The translations under genes and the position numbers were made by a program. A stretch of 64,000 bases of DNA from Paraspadella gotoi. Its lineage: Eukaryota > Animalia > Chaetognatha. The notes under the pieces were generated by a model. The model saw only the letters and a list, made by a program, of their open reading frames with translations. It had not been told where the DNA came from and searched no databases. This document shows, one piece after another, positions 45,901 through 58,431 of this stretch (position 1 is its first letter; each line of letters starts with the position of its first letter). The stretch covers positions 20,151,476 through 20,215,475 of the forward strand of contig CM119267.1 in NCBI GenBank assembly GCA_051294375.1, written 5' to 3'.

Positions 45901-48900
45901 GTTTTATTGAATTATCGATTCATTTATATATTCGTTTATTTATATAATACAGTCGCAGCAGACAGAGACGCAAAGCGTTGAACGACGTAATAAGATGGAA
46001 GATATGAAAAAAAAAAAACGAAGTAAATATATATTGTCAAGAGATATTTATCGTTTTTTCTTAAAAAAATAATCTTTTTTCGAGTACTTTATAATTGGAA
46101 CGTTTCACCGATAAAATATCGGCCGGTTAATCGTCCAGACGCCAGACGTCCTGGATTATTTTTTTTTTCCTAAAGATTTTTCTTTTCATCTTCAAAAAAA
46201 AAATACGAAAAGTCGATTTGCGTATTTAAAGAACGAGAAAAAAAAAACTTATCACAAATATCACATATCGATCAAACGACGGAGTTCACGATCAATTAAC
46301 GCTACGACTCACCGATTGTGATAAGGCGTCTCCATGTAGTGATCCTCCAGAGTGGTCAGAAAGGCGACCAACTTGGAAGGTTCGATCCGCAAACAATTGA
46401 GCAAATCCCTCTCCCTGAAGATGGCGTAGGCGACGGCGGTGAGCGGACGCCCGGCTGCCGGATTTTTAGAGGGGGAGATAGGTATAATTTGATGAGTTTA
46501 AATTTTAAATTTTTATTTTTTTTAATTTTAAATTTTAGAGACGAAATAATAACATTTTAATGGTTAACCACAACGACAATGTTTTTTATATCCTTGTTCT
46601 TAACCATTAACCAATATTTTTTCTCTTAATCAAACGCAGCGAATTGAAAGAAATAATACAATGTCTACCAATTTGGAATTTTAAATAATTTGAACGCTAA
46701 GGTAAGGTCCTTCCAATCAAACTAACCCTTTTCCTCCGCCCACGGAACTTACCCGACGCGGCCTCAATCTCAAAGACTTCGGGTCCCCACGACGAGAGGC
46801 TCGACATGTGGGCGGCGAGGCGAGTGGCGTCCTTGGCGTCCACGCCGAAGGGAGGCACGACTGAATCGGCGGCGGAGGAGGCGACGGGCGGTCTCGGCTG
46901 CTGTTGCTGCTGCAGCTGCTGAGGAAGGCCGTGTTGGCGAGTCCGTGGCTCCGCGATCTTGACTCCCGTGATCTCGGTCATGGAGCGACGCGCAGAAGAG
47001 CGTTCGACGCCGGGTGCCGCGCCAATCACGGGCGCGCCCACCGGCGCCGCTTCGATTCTCGCGGCGACGTCGGTTTCGTCCACCGCCTTGTTGTTGTTGT
47101 AGCCGGCGTCGATATCGATCGTCTTGGCCGGCGTCTTGAGCCGCTTGGGTCGGATCAAGGGTCTTCGATCGCTGTAGCAGTCGGAGGAGGACGTCGTCGT
47201 CGTCGTCGTCGTTTCCGTCGCTTCGTCGTCGTCATCGTCGTCGTCGACGTCGTCGTCCTCGTTGAGATCCTCCATATCTTGATTCTTCTCCAGAAACGTT
47301 GAGCAGATGAACTCGGATATTTGGCTTCCGACCTAAAAAAAAATGGAAAGTGGGGGAAGGAGAAGTTGTTTGTCACGTGTAATACTTTTAAAAAAGACGT
47401 TTCTTGTTATAACAGTTATAACGGTTATAATATGCACCTCAATGCTGAAAAGATTTCTTCATAATTCGATAGCTTTTTTAAAAGGATAAAGGCGAAAATT
47501 GTCAACTTTTTCTTTAAAAGATTTAACAATTAACAGAATTGTAGACATTTCGTTTTAGATTCTCCAGATTGACCGACAACCTTTGTTTTTTATATAACTT
47601 TTTATTTACAATTTTACCTGAAAATAAATTGATAAAACTTATTGGGATCTTACAAGACGACCACCATCTGCGCCATAGCTTGACTCGGACAGTAATATTC
47701 ATCTTTTCAGTCTCCACAGATTTCATCACCACACCCCCCCACCTCTACCCCTAATTTCACTCAACCCCACCCCACCTCCCAACCTTTTCAACCCCCCAAT
47801 CTAACCACCCACTTCCCCCACCCTAACAGACCTTGGAGGATTCCGAGAATATAGACAACTCCCGATCGAGCATCCTCTTGAACTTGCTCGACGCCATCTC
47901 CGCCACGGAACGATGCGTCTGGATCGTCTCCAGCTGCTCCAGACACCAGTCCAGCTCCTCCAGCGTCTCCACGGCCAACGAGGCGCGAGAATGGTTGATC
48001 ATCAGCATGGCCGATCCGCTGTTGTTGTTGTTGACGCCGTTGCCAAAGTGATTGTTGTTGTTGTTGCTAGGGGCGGCGACGTTGACCGAGTCGCCCGAGT
48101 AGACGGACGACGTCGATCCCGCGCGTTGATGCGGCGGATGCTGCTGCTGCTGAGATATCGACGACTGCTGCTGCGCCGCGTGCTGTTTCTGCAGCTGATT
48201 GAACTGACCAAAGGAGTTTGAATGGAGGATTCTGGAAGGCGGCGGCGGCGGCGGTTTGATGTGACCGCCGGAGCCGCCGCTCAAAGGGTCGCTGGAGTCG
48301 AGGCTCGGCGACCGGAAGTTGACTTTGGTGGGCGGGGTCATGAAGGCGGAAGCGACGGGGGACGCGAAGACGCCGTCTTTGGATCCGCGGCGGGGCTTCT
48401 TCTCTCTGGAAGAGAGGAAGGGGGATGTTAGATAAGTCGTTGGATTGCGGAGTCAATCAATTATTCATTTGGTCTATCCATTCGTTAATCTATGAATCAT
48501 ATATTTTATTATAAATAAATCAAATTAATCCAGCAAAAAAGGCTGGAAATTAATTAAAACCTTGCATCTATAATATTCAATCAAAATGATCTAGCCAATA
48601 AAAGCAATTTTAAATTATTTTATAAAAAAGTTTATCGTACAAGTTTTAAAATAAGTTTCTGAAATAAAATCTATCAAATTAATGTAATAAATTTAACCAA
48701 TCAATATCAAATCGGACGAGGGACTCGCCTGTATTCCGAGAGTCCCTGCAGCAGTGCGAAGTTGGCCCTCACTGTCTGCAGAGTCTGAAGAATCTGGGCG
48801 AAGGGCGTGACGATGAGCTCGTCGGCGTAGTTGTCGACAGAGGAATCGCGAGACAGAGACGAGTTGCGGGAGACGATGTTGGAGGGCGGTGGCGGCGTTA

Positions 48901-51900
48901 GTCGACCGCCGAGTCCGGTATCGGAGTCCTGAGAATGAGAAGGGAAGAGAAAAGAAGGTTATATAATAAGGCAAAGTTGGAAAAATCGATCGGTGAGTGA
49001 AGTTTGACACCTGGACCTGAGAATATATGTATTGGGGTATTTTCTTTTTTTTGTTTTTTGTTTTTCTTTTTCCCTGTTTTTTTTTTTTTTTTTTTTTTAT
49101 GGTTTGATATTTTATCGGTTCTCAGTGAAAATACTACGCGTAACGCAACTGCCAAGTTTAACAATCTTTGTCGCATGATAAAAAGAAGTCAATTTAAAAT
49201 GTTTCGAGCAAACTTATTGTTTATAAATAAAACATTTTTTTAATATTTGAATTGTTTAATTTTTTTTTTATTATTATTTTGTGCGGCCTTGAGGGATCTT
49301 TTCACTTTTCTCCCATTAGATTTCTTCCAGATATTATAATTTTTTAAATCTTAAGGGGCTGCTCTTAATAGATAAACAATAAGTCAAGCCGTGCCACCAG
49401 TTAAACCTTCTACTCTAAACCATCGACTAATCTAACCGGATCCTAACTTACAGATCTGATCGCCCTTCGAAATATCGGCGTCGGTTTACGCGTCACTTGA
49501 GACTCGCGACAAAAAACTGAAGCGAAAAAAGGTTTCAATTTGCGACGAAATTCGCCGCGCGGCGAAAATCCGATCGTCGTAGAATCGAGCAAGGAACCGT
49601 TCGTCAATCGACCACCCCGATCGTCCGCGGCCATGTCTATCTCTTTCTCTCCCACACCAAAGCACCTGTTGATCAGTCGGAGGTTTCGCCGCGATTCGGA
49701 TGGACCTCGATCATGTCGTTTTTTCCCCCCTTTTTTTTTTAGAAAGTTTATTTGAAAATTAATCTTTCAGAGAGAATTCACGATTTTGAAATCAAATGAC
49801 GCGAAAGATCACTTCTTTTTTTTTTTCATTCACTTCGTTTTTTTTTCTTTCTCGAATGAAAAATTTTTATTTGAAATCTTGAAATGCGAGTTTTTTTTTT
49901 CTTTCTCTCTTTCTCTCTCATTTCCTTCGTCTTCGTCTATTCATGGAAAAATGAAATCATGACGAAAAATTAAAAGGGTCTCCGCAATGATTTCCCGGGA
50001 CCGGATCGGACCGGTTTAGAATTATCGCCTTGACTCATTTTTTTTTCTAAGTTTATAACCTCATTTCCTCATCAGGCTTTTTCTCCATGTCCTCATTTTC
50101 GACGAATAAATTTGCCTCGTTTTTTATTTTTCAAGACGAACTCCGACGAACGGGTTGTGCTTAAAAAGGTTACCATGGCGACGAATAAAAATCCCGGGAA
50201 TCGAAGAACTTAAATTCGCTCCTTGGCCGTGAATGGTGGGGATTCGAACCCGGGGTTTGAATTTTAAAAAGAAACTATTTTATCCATCACGCCACGGACG
50301 AAGAGGTCCAGGCGGTTGCGTCCGATGAACCCGGTCTTCATACGAAGAAGATCCGGGCGATGAACCCAAAACCCGAGGACGAAATCGAAATTCGATTCCG
50401 GGGAAACAGGAAGGGGTCAGATCGGGGTCAGATCGGGGTCAGATCGGGATTTTCTGAGAGAAGCCACGCAAGCGGAAGATTGGGCAGAGCTCTTCGATCG
50501 AGTTCAACTTAAAACTCTGAAGGTTCGATGACCCAGAGTCGAGTGTTTTTCAGAAATAACATCTGTTAAAACGTGATGACTCTATTTATGACCACGGATT
50601 TGAGAGGTCACCAGATCGTATCCGGTCTCATGCTTGAGTTCAGTCTCATCCGATCCGTATGGCCATTTTTTCAAATGCCATCGTTCACTGCCAAACGACT
50701 CGCTCAGACAAGACCTTTTAAATATTAGTTTGGCTTACTATGAAATTGGTAAAATCAATTTAAAACTAAATCCTTTAATTCAAAACATACTCTACATTTC
50801 TGGCTCGGTTAATACTGGGTTATGACCGCAGTTTGAAAGCATTTTGAAACCGTTTTTATCCCAGATTCATGAGTTTTAGATTTTAAAGATCAATGAAAGG
50901 TGAAAATTTTTATACTTTAATCACGTATATATATATATTATTGAATGTAATGTATATTTAACCCTTTTCCGTCCTCGCGAAATCATATTATTCCTGTCCA
51001 AAGTCAGGCAAGATAGAAAGGTGTGGGAATGGATAATTTTTTGAGGGGGGACTAACGTTATATATGATTTTTTTATCAATAGGGATAAGACTACCAAGTA
51101 GAATTGTATGTTCTGATAAGGGTACATACTGGGGAAAGGTCTATGTCATGAATAAAATTTTAAACTACTTTAATGAAAATTATATTTTTTTCCGATCTAA
51201 ATTCTAATACTTGAAACATTCCTTGAAACATTATACCACTTCATTGATAGGAAAGCCAGGTACTCTGGGAGTGAATAAAGGAGACTGTGAGAGAGTGATG
51301 GAGGCCTTAAACCACCAAAGCCTGTCCAAAGTCAGTGGAAAGATAGCTTATATATTAAATGAATGGATAATTTTGATATTGGTTGTACCAATTTTTTTTT
51401 TTTTAAATTAATTATTTTCAAACCCCGATTGTTCACCTGTCGGTACAAAAACGATTCCCTTCTCTGCGACACCAGAGGCCGCGGCGAGCCAGATCCGCCG
51501 ACGCCGCCGAGGCTGTGGCTGCTGAAGGCGAGCGCCAGCGGCGGCGGAGGCCCCGAGTGATGGTGGGCGTGTCCGACGGGCGTCGTCGACGTCGACGTCA
51601 AAACGGGCGAGACGCCGGGGTCCTCGACGAGCGTCTTGACCGACTGCGAACCGGCGCCGTCTTTGCCGATAAAAAATGTCGGCGTCGGCGAAAGAGCGAC
51701 CGTCCTGGAAGCGGCGGCGTTGGCGGCGAGGGCGGCGGCGGCGCCCTCGACCGATCCTCGACCGTAGGTAAGGATGTCGAAAGAGTTGGGCTGAATCTTG
51801 AGCGAAGGAGGGGAATTTTGTGGATAAGAAGCCGTACGAATTCGTCCGCGAACGACACGGACGCGACCGTACGAGGAGCGCCGAGCCGCGTCGAACCCGG

Positions 51901-52719
51901 CGCGGTCCGACGAAGCGGCGGGATCGGTCTCGGCGCCGACGGTGACGTCGGCGGCGCTGGAATCTTCCGTTTCCGGCGGTGAATGCACCTGAACTTTGGG
52001 CAGAGGGCGTCTTTGCGAAGAGACGAGACTTTGATGCCAACTGGATGAGACGGAGATGTCGAGGGAAGACGAGGCCGGAGGAGGAGGAGGAGGAGGAGGC
52101 GCTCCAGTCGACGACGACGTCGCTTCCGGTCGATCGTCGAAGGCGCCGTGGCGCGACGTTCCTCGAGAAAACGACGACGACGACGACGCCGAGGACGACG
52201 ACGATGACGGAACGACGACGACGACGTTCGCCGACGGTTGATGACGCGTCGAGCCGGCGTCGAAGGAGGCGGAGGAGGAGGAGGAGTGAACGCGTGGTTG
52301 ATGGGGGCGTCGTTGTTGTTGTTGTTGCTTGGGAAAGAAGACCTGCCCTTGTCTCAACTTGGGAGAGGAAGAAGAGTTTTTCGATTTGGAGAGAGAGGAG
52401 AGAGAGGGGTTTCTCTTTTTCTTCGAAGTCGGCGGCGGCGGGGCGGACATCGGCGCCGGCGGCGTAGACGGCGTCGCGCAGCCGATGTCCATCAGCGCCG
52501 GGTGACGGTAGGCGGCGGGGGAATCCGCGGCGACCACGCCGCCCAGCGGGATCTTCTCCGAGGGGAGCAGGTTGCTGAAGGAGGCGCCCATGGCGCCGCC
52601 GTTTGAGGGCGTGGCGGTGGCGGCGGCGGCGGTAGAGACTGTGGCGGGAAAGGAAGAGGCGGCGGGGACGGCGGAGCCGAAGCCGCCGGAAGTGACGGAA
52701 GCCGAATGAGAGGTGACTC
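39108..52719 (-). CDS. PDE4: cAMP-specific phosphodiesterase 4 (dunce/PDE4), long form with UCR1, UCR2 and catalytic domain
   Basis: Exons 52719-51437 (Ser/Pro-rich, ends [11 protein letters not shown]), 48928-48729 ([27 protein letters not shown]1), 48405-47832 ([37 protein letters not shown]2), 47332-46753, 46454-46313 (LEDHY..PYHN), 45003-44930 (IHAADV), 40884-40669 ([20 protein letters not shown]; one frameshift), 40428-40282 (LATDMSKH), 39911-39777 (HCADLSNP) and 39542-39108 ([21 protein letters not shown]). Confidence 0.95.
49452..49634 (-). CDS. Candidate alternative first coding exon of PDE4 (MAADDRGG...RRAIRS)
   Basis: ATG at 49634, 61 open codons, then a strong donor tct|gtaagt in phase 0 that is compatible with the UCR1 exon at 48928. 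No homology support. Confidence 0.45.
50230..50300 (-). pseudogene. tRNA-derived remnant or SINE head
   Basis: The reverse complement has A-box-like tggcgtgatgg and B box ggttcgaatcc (cgggttcgaatccccacca) with an AT-rich degenerate middle. Confidence 0.45.
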
Positions 52720-54454
52720 CTGCCGAGAAAGAAGAAATACAATTATAGGAATTCCGAAAAGAGCGAGGCCTTCGCTTACATAATTTTTTAATTAATTATA
52801 AAAATGTCAACGTACATATAACCCGGAAATGCGTTTACTCATGAAATTTATACATATATTACGAACTTTTTTTTTATCTTGCTTACGCAACCGAATCGAC
52901 TATCGTGTTTTTAGTTACGCCGCGAGTACTCTCGGAGCAACTCTCAAGTCTTTTTTCGGTCGGTCGTTCAGTAGGTCCTAAAACTATAAGAAATAAAGAC
53001 GGAATTTCAATGCAGTGCATATCATAAATACACGGGCTAAAAAAATTTTTTAGTCATGTCATATCATGTCATATTATATCATGTGATCAAAGGGAAATAC
53101 ACGTGATAAAAAAGTCACTGCGGCGCAACACTGTGGATGAACCGATCTTGTTTATTTCTCAACTTCAGACCTCTTTCACTTTGCAGATTTGCATTTCTAA
53201 AAAAAAGTTTTTTTTTACTTCTGAGAGTTTTCTTTGTCTTTGATTAGAAGATGACATCTACTCCATTCCAGGTTTCAACGGATAATTGTTTTTTTTTTAA
53301 TTTTTAATTGAATATTAAGCTTAAGATAAGACGTTACGTAATATTTTTCTCAAACTATTTGCATAACCCCATCAGCATCTTCCCTCCTTTGATTTCGTCG
53401 GGAAATATGATTACTTCTCATCGAAACTTCGAAACTTTTTTCTCTCTTTTCTCATCTTCATGAAAAAAAAAAAAGAAAAAGAAAAGAATGGACCCTTTTA
53501 AAGTTTTATGAGCGACAATAGAATAATCGATAAGTTTTTTTTTGAAGAGAAAACGCCGCTTGCGTAACCACGAACCAACGGCAAATAGAGAATTATTTCA
53601 AGCCAATAAAGTACATGAAAGAAAGAAAGACTTTCTCAGCCAAACGTTTAAAACATACGAAAAAAAAATACCGAGTATCAAATTCTTTAGATATCCAGGT
53701 CTTTCGACTTCATGGGTTGGCGTTGCGCAACTTACCCCCCCCCCACCCAGAAAAAAAATATTCTTTTACTTTTTTTTTGAAGGGCGTTCTTCGTCGACGC
53801 GTTACGTCACGAAGTTAAAAGGCGCAGTCGTGTTGCGGTTCGTCCATATAAAAGCGCCATCGCTTAATAAAAACCGTTAGGGCGAAACCTTCGATGTCGG
53901 ATCGAAAGGATCGAAATTTAAAATCGATTTCGAGTACACGAATATAAAAAAAAAAGATTTTTTTTAAATAAAGAAAACTTTTTTTTAAAATTTCCTAAAT
54001 CCGGGTTTAATTGTTTTGTTTGGCCCTCAGATCGAACGAAATGACGGGAAATAAAATTAAATCTATAAAAATAGGTTTTTTTCTTTCAGATGAAATTGAC
54101 TTTTTGTTTCTCAAGTTTTTGTAGAACTTTTTTGATTGTTTTTTTAATTCGTTGTAATGTTATCATTAAATTTTTAACTTATTATAAAAAATTAACTAAG
54201 TTAAAAAATTGAAAATGACTCAGAACAAAAATTGTGATTATTTCAAAGAATATTTCAAAACAAAAGAGCGCTATTTATTTAGAACTATACATGCGGATTG
54301 AGATGACTAATGCTGTTCGCGAAGTTTCCGTTCGACTCGCTCTCTCTCTCTCTCCCTCTCGCTCTCCCTCTCGACATCCCTTTCCCTCTCGTCGCCCTAC
54401 TCATTTTTTATCTCGCTCATCATATCAATCCCCTTCAAAGATTAGAACCTAACA

Positions 54455-54527
54455 GGAGTTGTGGTGTAGTGGTTATCACGTCTGCTTCACACGCAGAAGG
54501 TCCCCGGTTCGAAACCGGGCAGCTCCT
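54455..54527 (+). tRNA. tRNA-Val-CAC: tRNA-Val(CAC) with atypical acceptor stem and U73
   Basis: GGAGTTG tg gtgt agtggtta tcac g tctgc tt CAC ac gcaga aggtc cccgg ttcgaaa ccggg CAGCTCC t. Acceptor, anticodon and T stems are fully paired; T-run terminator at ~54535. Confidence 0.9.
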
Positions 54528-55089
54528 TCAGTTATTTTTTTTATTTCATCCTGTTTTCAATAAAATGATGTTTTGGAAGGACAGTACAAAACAATACGGT
54601 ACAAAAATCAATTGGACTGAAAATGATTTACTACTATATTTAAATGAGATTGATTAAATCTCATTTATTATTATTCTAAGAATCTATCTCTCGATTTTCT
54701 ACATACACCTTCGCCCTTTATATTCTCATCTCTAGACAGTTATTTCTCTTTCTCTCTCTTTCTTTCTTTCTTTCTTTCCTTCTTTCTTTCTATCTTCCTC
54801 TCTTTCTCTTTCTCCCTCTCCGAGTCTCTCTTAATAAGTCAAATCTGCAAAATCGTTCAAACGCCAAAAATTCCGCAAAACAAGCAGAGATCCTTCTCTT
54901 CTCAAAGGATCTCCGCCGCGATTTTATACGGTCGGTCTGTCAGTCATTGGAACAGATCATTTATCTTTATTCTTACTAGTAAAATCTTTTAGCAGGGCCG
55001 TGGGATCGAGCTGCGCACTTTTAATCATTATTTTTTTTTTCTTCAAAGGCGAAAGTTAAAAAACAAGTTTGAGCAAACAATGTGTATCT

Positions 55090-55582
55090 GCCTATCGATT
55101 AATTAATTAATTAATATGATTAATAATTATACTTAATATGAGATTAATTAATAATTAATTATTAATTAATTATATTATTATAATTATATTCAGCTTGTCA
55201 TCATCGATGTCCTTAAAATTGATCAGGACGTTATTAAATGTTTTGTTTACATTTTATCAAAACAAACAAATATCCTCTATTATCGAGCCAGCGGGCAAAG
55301 CCCGTCCTGTCTAGATTTTTTTCGGTTAGCTTTCGGTCTCGCTTTTTTGCAATCATGGCTTCTGAAAGTATGATCATAGGGAGTTGAATTTCATATATGG
55401 CTTCTAATCATCAAGATCTTTAAAATTCTCATGTTTCATATAATATTGGTATTTGTTTATGTTTTATTTACAAAACAAAAACGTTTTAATTATATGTCGC
55501 TCTCTCCTCTCTTCTCTTTTTCTCCGTCACTGCTTCTTCTAAAATGAGTTCCGGTCTCTGCAGCGTCTGTCCAGCTTCTTCT

Positions 55583-55622
<40 letters not shown>

Positions 55623-56138
55623 CTTTTTTTTTTTTTTTACAAAAAATTTTTAGATATAATAGTGGTTCACTAATGTAAAAAACGAGCCGCGAACAGGGCG
55701 CGAACCGGGTCCTTTGGGTAGAGAATAGCTCACGCTACGTCGCCCCATAAGTACTGCTGATTCTTTAACGAGTAAAGGGCTGTAGAGCTCTCTTCTCTCT
55801 CTCTTTTAATTATTTATTATCGCTCTTTTCTCTTTCTCTTTTTCTCTGCAGCGGCTGTCTCTCTTCCTCTCTCTTTTCTCTCTCTCTCTCTGTCTCTCTG
55901 TCTCTTGTGTTTCTGTCCCTATCTCGATCCGATCTTTTGCGTGATCGTTTGTTTTTTGAAAATTCTGATTATTTTTTTCCTTCTAAAAACTTTTATTATG
56001 CCATTTATTCCGCGCTTTTTTCAAACAAAATCCCATATTTTCATCCGAGATTTTCGTGGATTATTTCTCTTCTCTCCTCATCTCCTCGTCTCTCTCTTCT
56101 CTCTCTCTCTCTTCTTCATCTCCTCTCTCTCTTTCTCT

Positions 56139-56180
<42 letters not shown>

Positions 56181-56589
56181 CTTCTCCTTCACTCATACAC
56201 GCATTTGTTGTTTATTGACTATCATCGCATCCAATGAATGACATCATCGAATCAAGAATGCAATCATCGCATCACTGAATGACTATCTCACAGCGTGAAT
56301 GACATCATCGCACATAATTCATATCATGAATCAATAATACAATTCCTATTACATCAATATTACTATTACATCAATCATATTATATTACCTCAATCAATTA
56401 CTAGTACATCAACAATTCGTTTATCGCATGATTCATTCGTTTTTTTCCCGGTTTTTTTCATTAATTTTCTATGATAGTGGGCTCTGGCTCGATCTTGAGT
56501 CTTTTAAGATTTTTTTATATTTTATGTCTCTTCTCTCTCTCTCTCTCTCACTCTCTCTCTTTTCTCTCTCACTCTCTCTCTCTTCTCTC

Positions 56590-56620
<31 letters not shown>

Positions 56621-56990
56621 TTTATCGACAATAGCGACGATCCCTTATGCTTTAAGATTTTTTAACTTGCATCTTTTTTCAATTGCATAATTTTTTCAAC
56701 TTGCATTCCGTCAAAACTTTATATCTAGCTTCTTCACTCACTTTCCTACCGGCTCACAAATTTCATCTCAATCTATCATGTTTAAAATAATAAAAAGATT
56801 CAAGTCAAATGTGACTCATATTATTTTTCATTAAACTCATTTCCACTGGTACTCCACTGAAAACTTTATATCCAGCTTCGTCATACGTTTTCCTACCACA
56901 CACAAAAATTTCAATCTCAATTCTATCCATCCAATTATGATTAATTTAGAGTATTTATTGGTTAAAATAAGTAAAAAGATTTTAGTAATT
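55090..56990. repeat. Inverted copy of 1-1915, inside the probable large 5' intron of PDE4
   Basis: See 1-1915. Indel-rich, noisy sequence. Confidence 0.9.
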
Positions 56991-57830
56991 CGACTTATTT
57001 TTTCCATTTAAAATAATTTCCAATCACCATCCATCGAAATTTATATCCAGCTTTATCACACACTTTCCTACCCACACACAAAATTTAATTCCAATCCAAC
57101 CAGCCAATCACCAGTTATTTGAGCTTTTTGCTAATGACGGATGGACGATTGATTGACTAATTAATTAATATTTGATTAATTTATTACTAATTGATATATT
57201 AACTGATTAATTATTTGATTTATTAATACATCCTGCAGATACATTTAATATAAAAGGAAAAAGAAGCATATATCAATAGTAAAACAGGTTTTTTTTTTTT
57301 CCATTTAAACTCATTTCCACTCAAACTATTCCATCGAAACTTTATTTCCTGTTCAATCACACACTTTCCTACCAACATACAAAATTCCAGGCAAACAGCC
57401 CATCCACTCATGAGCAATTTGGTGTTCAAATAGTGAATATATTTTTTTTGTTTTTTCCATTTAAACTCATTTCCACTCGGACGATCCATCGAAACTAATA
57501 TCCAGCTCAATCACACACTTACCTATCCACACACAAAATTTCATTTAAATCCATCCATCCATACGAGTAATTGTGTTTTTTGCTAAGGGACGCCACGGAA
57601 CGGACGACCGCACGGACGGACGGACTAACGAGACGGAGCAGAGCGGACGAGTCGAACGGACATCATTTTTTTTGCTAATTTATCATAATTTCGATGTTTT
57701 CCTGACATATATAAGTCGTGTGCCCGACAATATTGAGGGCGGACGACGGACCAAATTAGTGATTATAAAAAGGCAGTTTATTAGAGTCGATCTGCTGATA
57801 AGCAGATCCGACTAAAAAAAAGAAACGGGC
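56700..57830 (+). mobile_element. Candidate non-autonomous Helentron (HINE/DINE-1-like) element: ~130-180-bp internal tandem units, (GACG)n-acat block and terminal hairpin
   Basis: Repeated unit aaactcatttccact..ccatcgaaact..tatccagct..atcacacactt.cctacc.acacacaaaattt, then ggacggacggac..cggacatcatttttt, tatata, and hairpin gatctgct-gata-agcagatc (57789-57808). Family assignment is an inference from architecture. Confidence 0.5.
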
Positions 57831-58431
57831 TCTCTGATTTCTTAACTTAAGACTTCTTAACTTAAGCGGTCCAACAATGCATGTCATCTTCTATTTCGAA
57901 ATATAAACTTCGTTTGTCGGACTAGATTAGCCGACTAATGTAGTTCCACTCGGATTAATATAAAAACATTTTCTGGAGCCTTATCTTTCCATTTTTTTCA
58001 TTTCCCTTTCTCTGTTATCATCGCTGGCGACGACATAAGGTTGTGTAAAGATAGAAAAAGATAAAAGTCATAATTCGTTTGTTTTCTTTTTCTAAATACA
58101 AGAGCACTCGTATTTTGCACCCGTCATTAAGACAATTCCTCGTAAAAATAGACAATAGATTGTAATTATATATCGACTATTGGCTATTGTCAATTGTCTA
58201 TTGTCCCTTCACGGCAACTGTGAGAATTAATTTTTATTTCATGTACTGATTTTAAGTTTGTCATGGATCTACGTAAGATTGAATTTTCTTTTGTGACCTA
58301 GCTTAGTTAAGAATAAAACGTATTATATAAAAAGCTAATGAGAAATTAAAAAGAAGCACCTTGAAAATAATTTATGCATAATAATTAATATTTAATTTTC
58401 TCCGACTTAAAATAAAAATATCCAAACTTAC

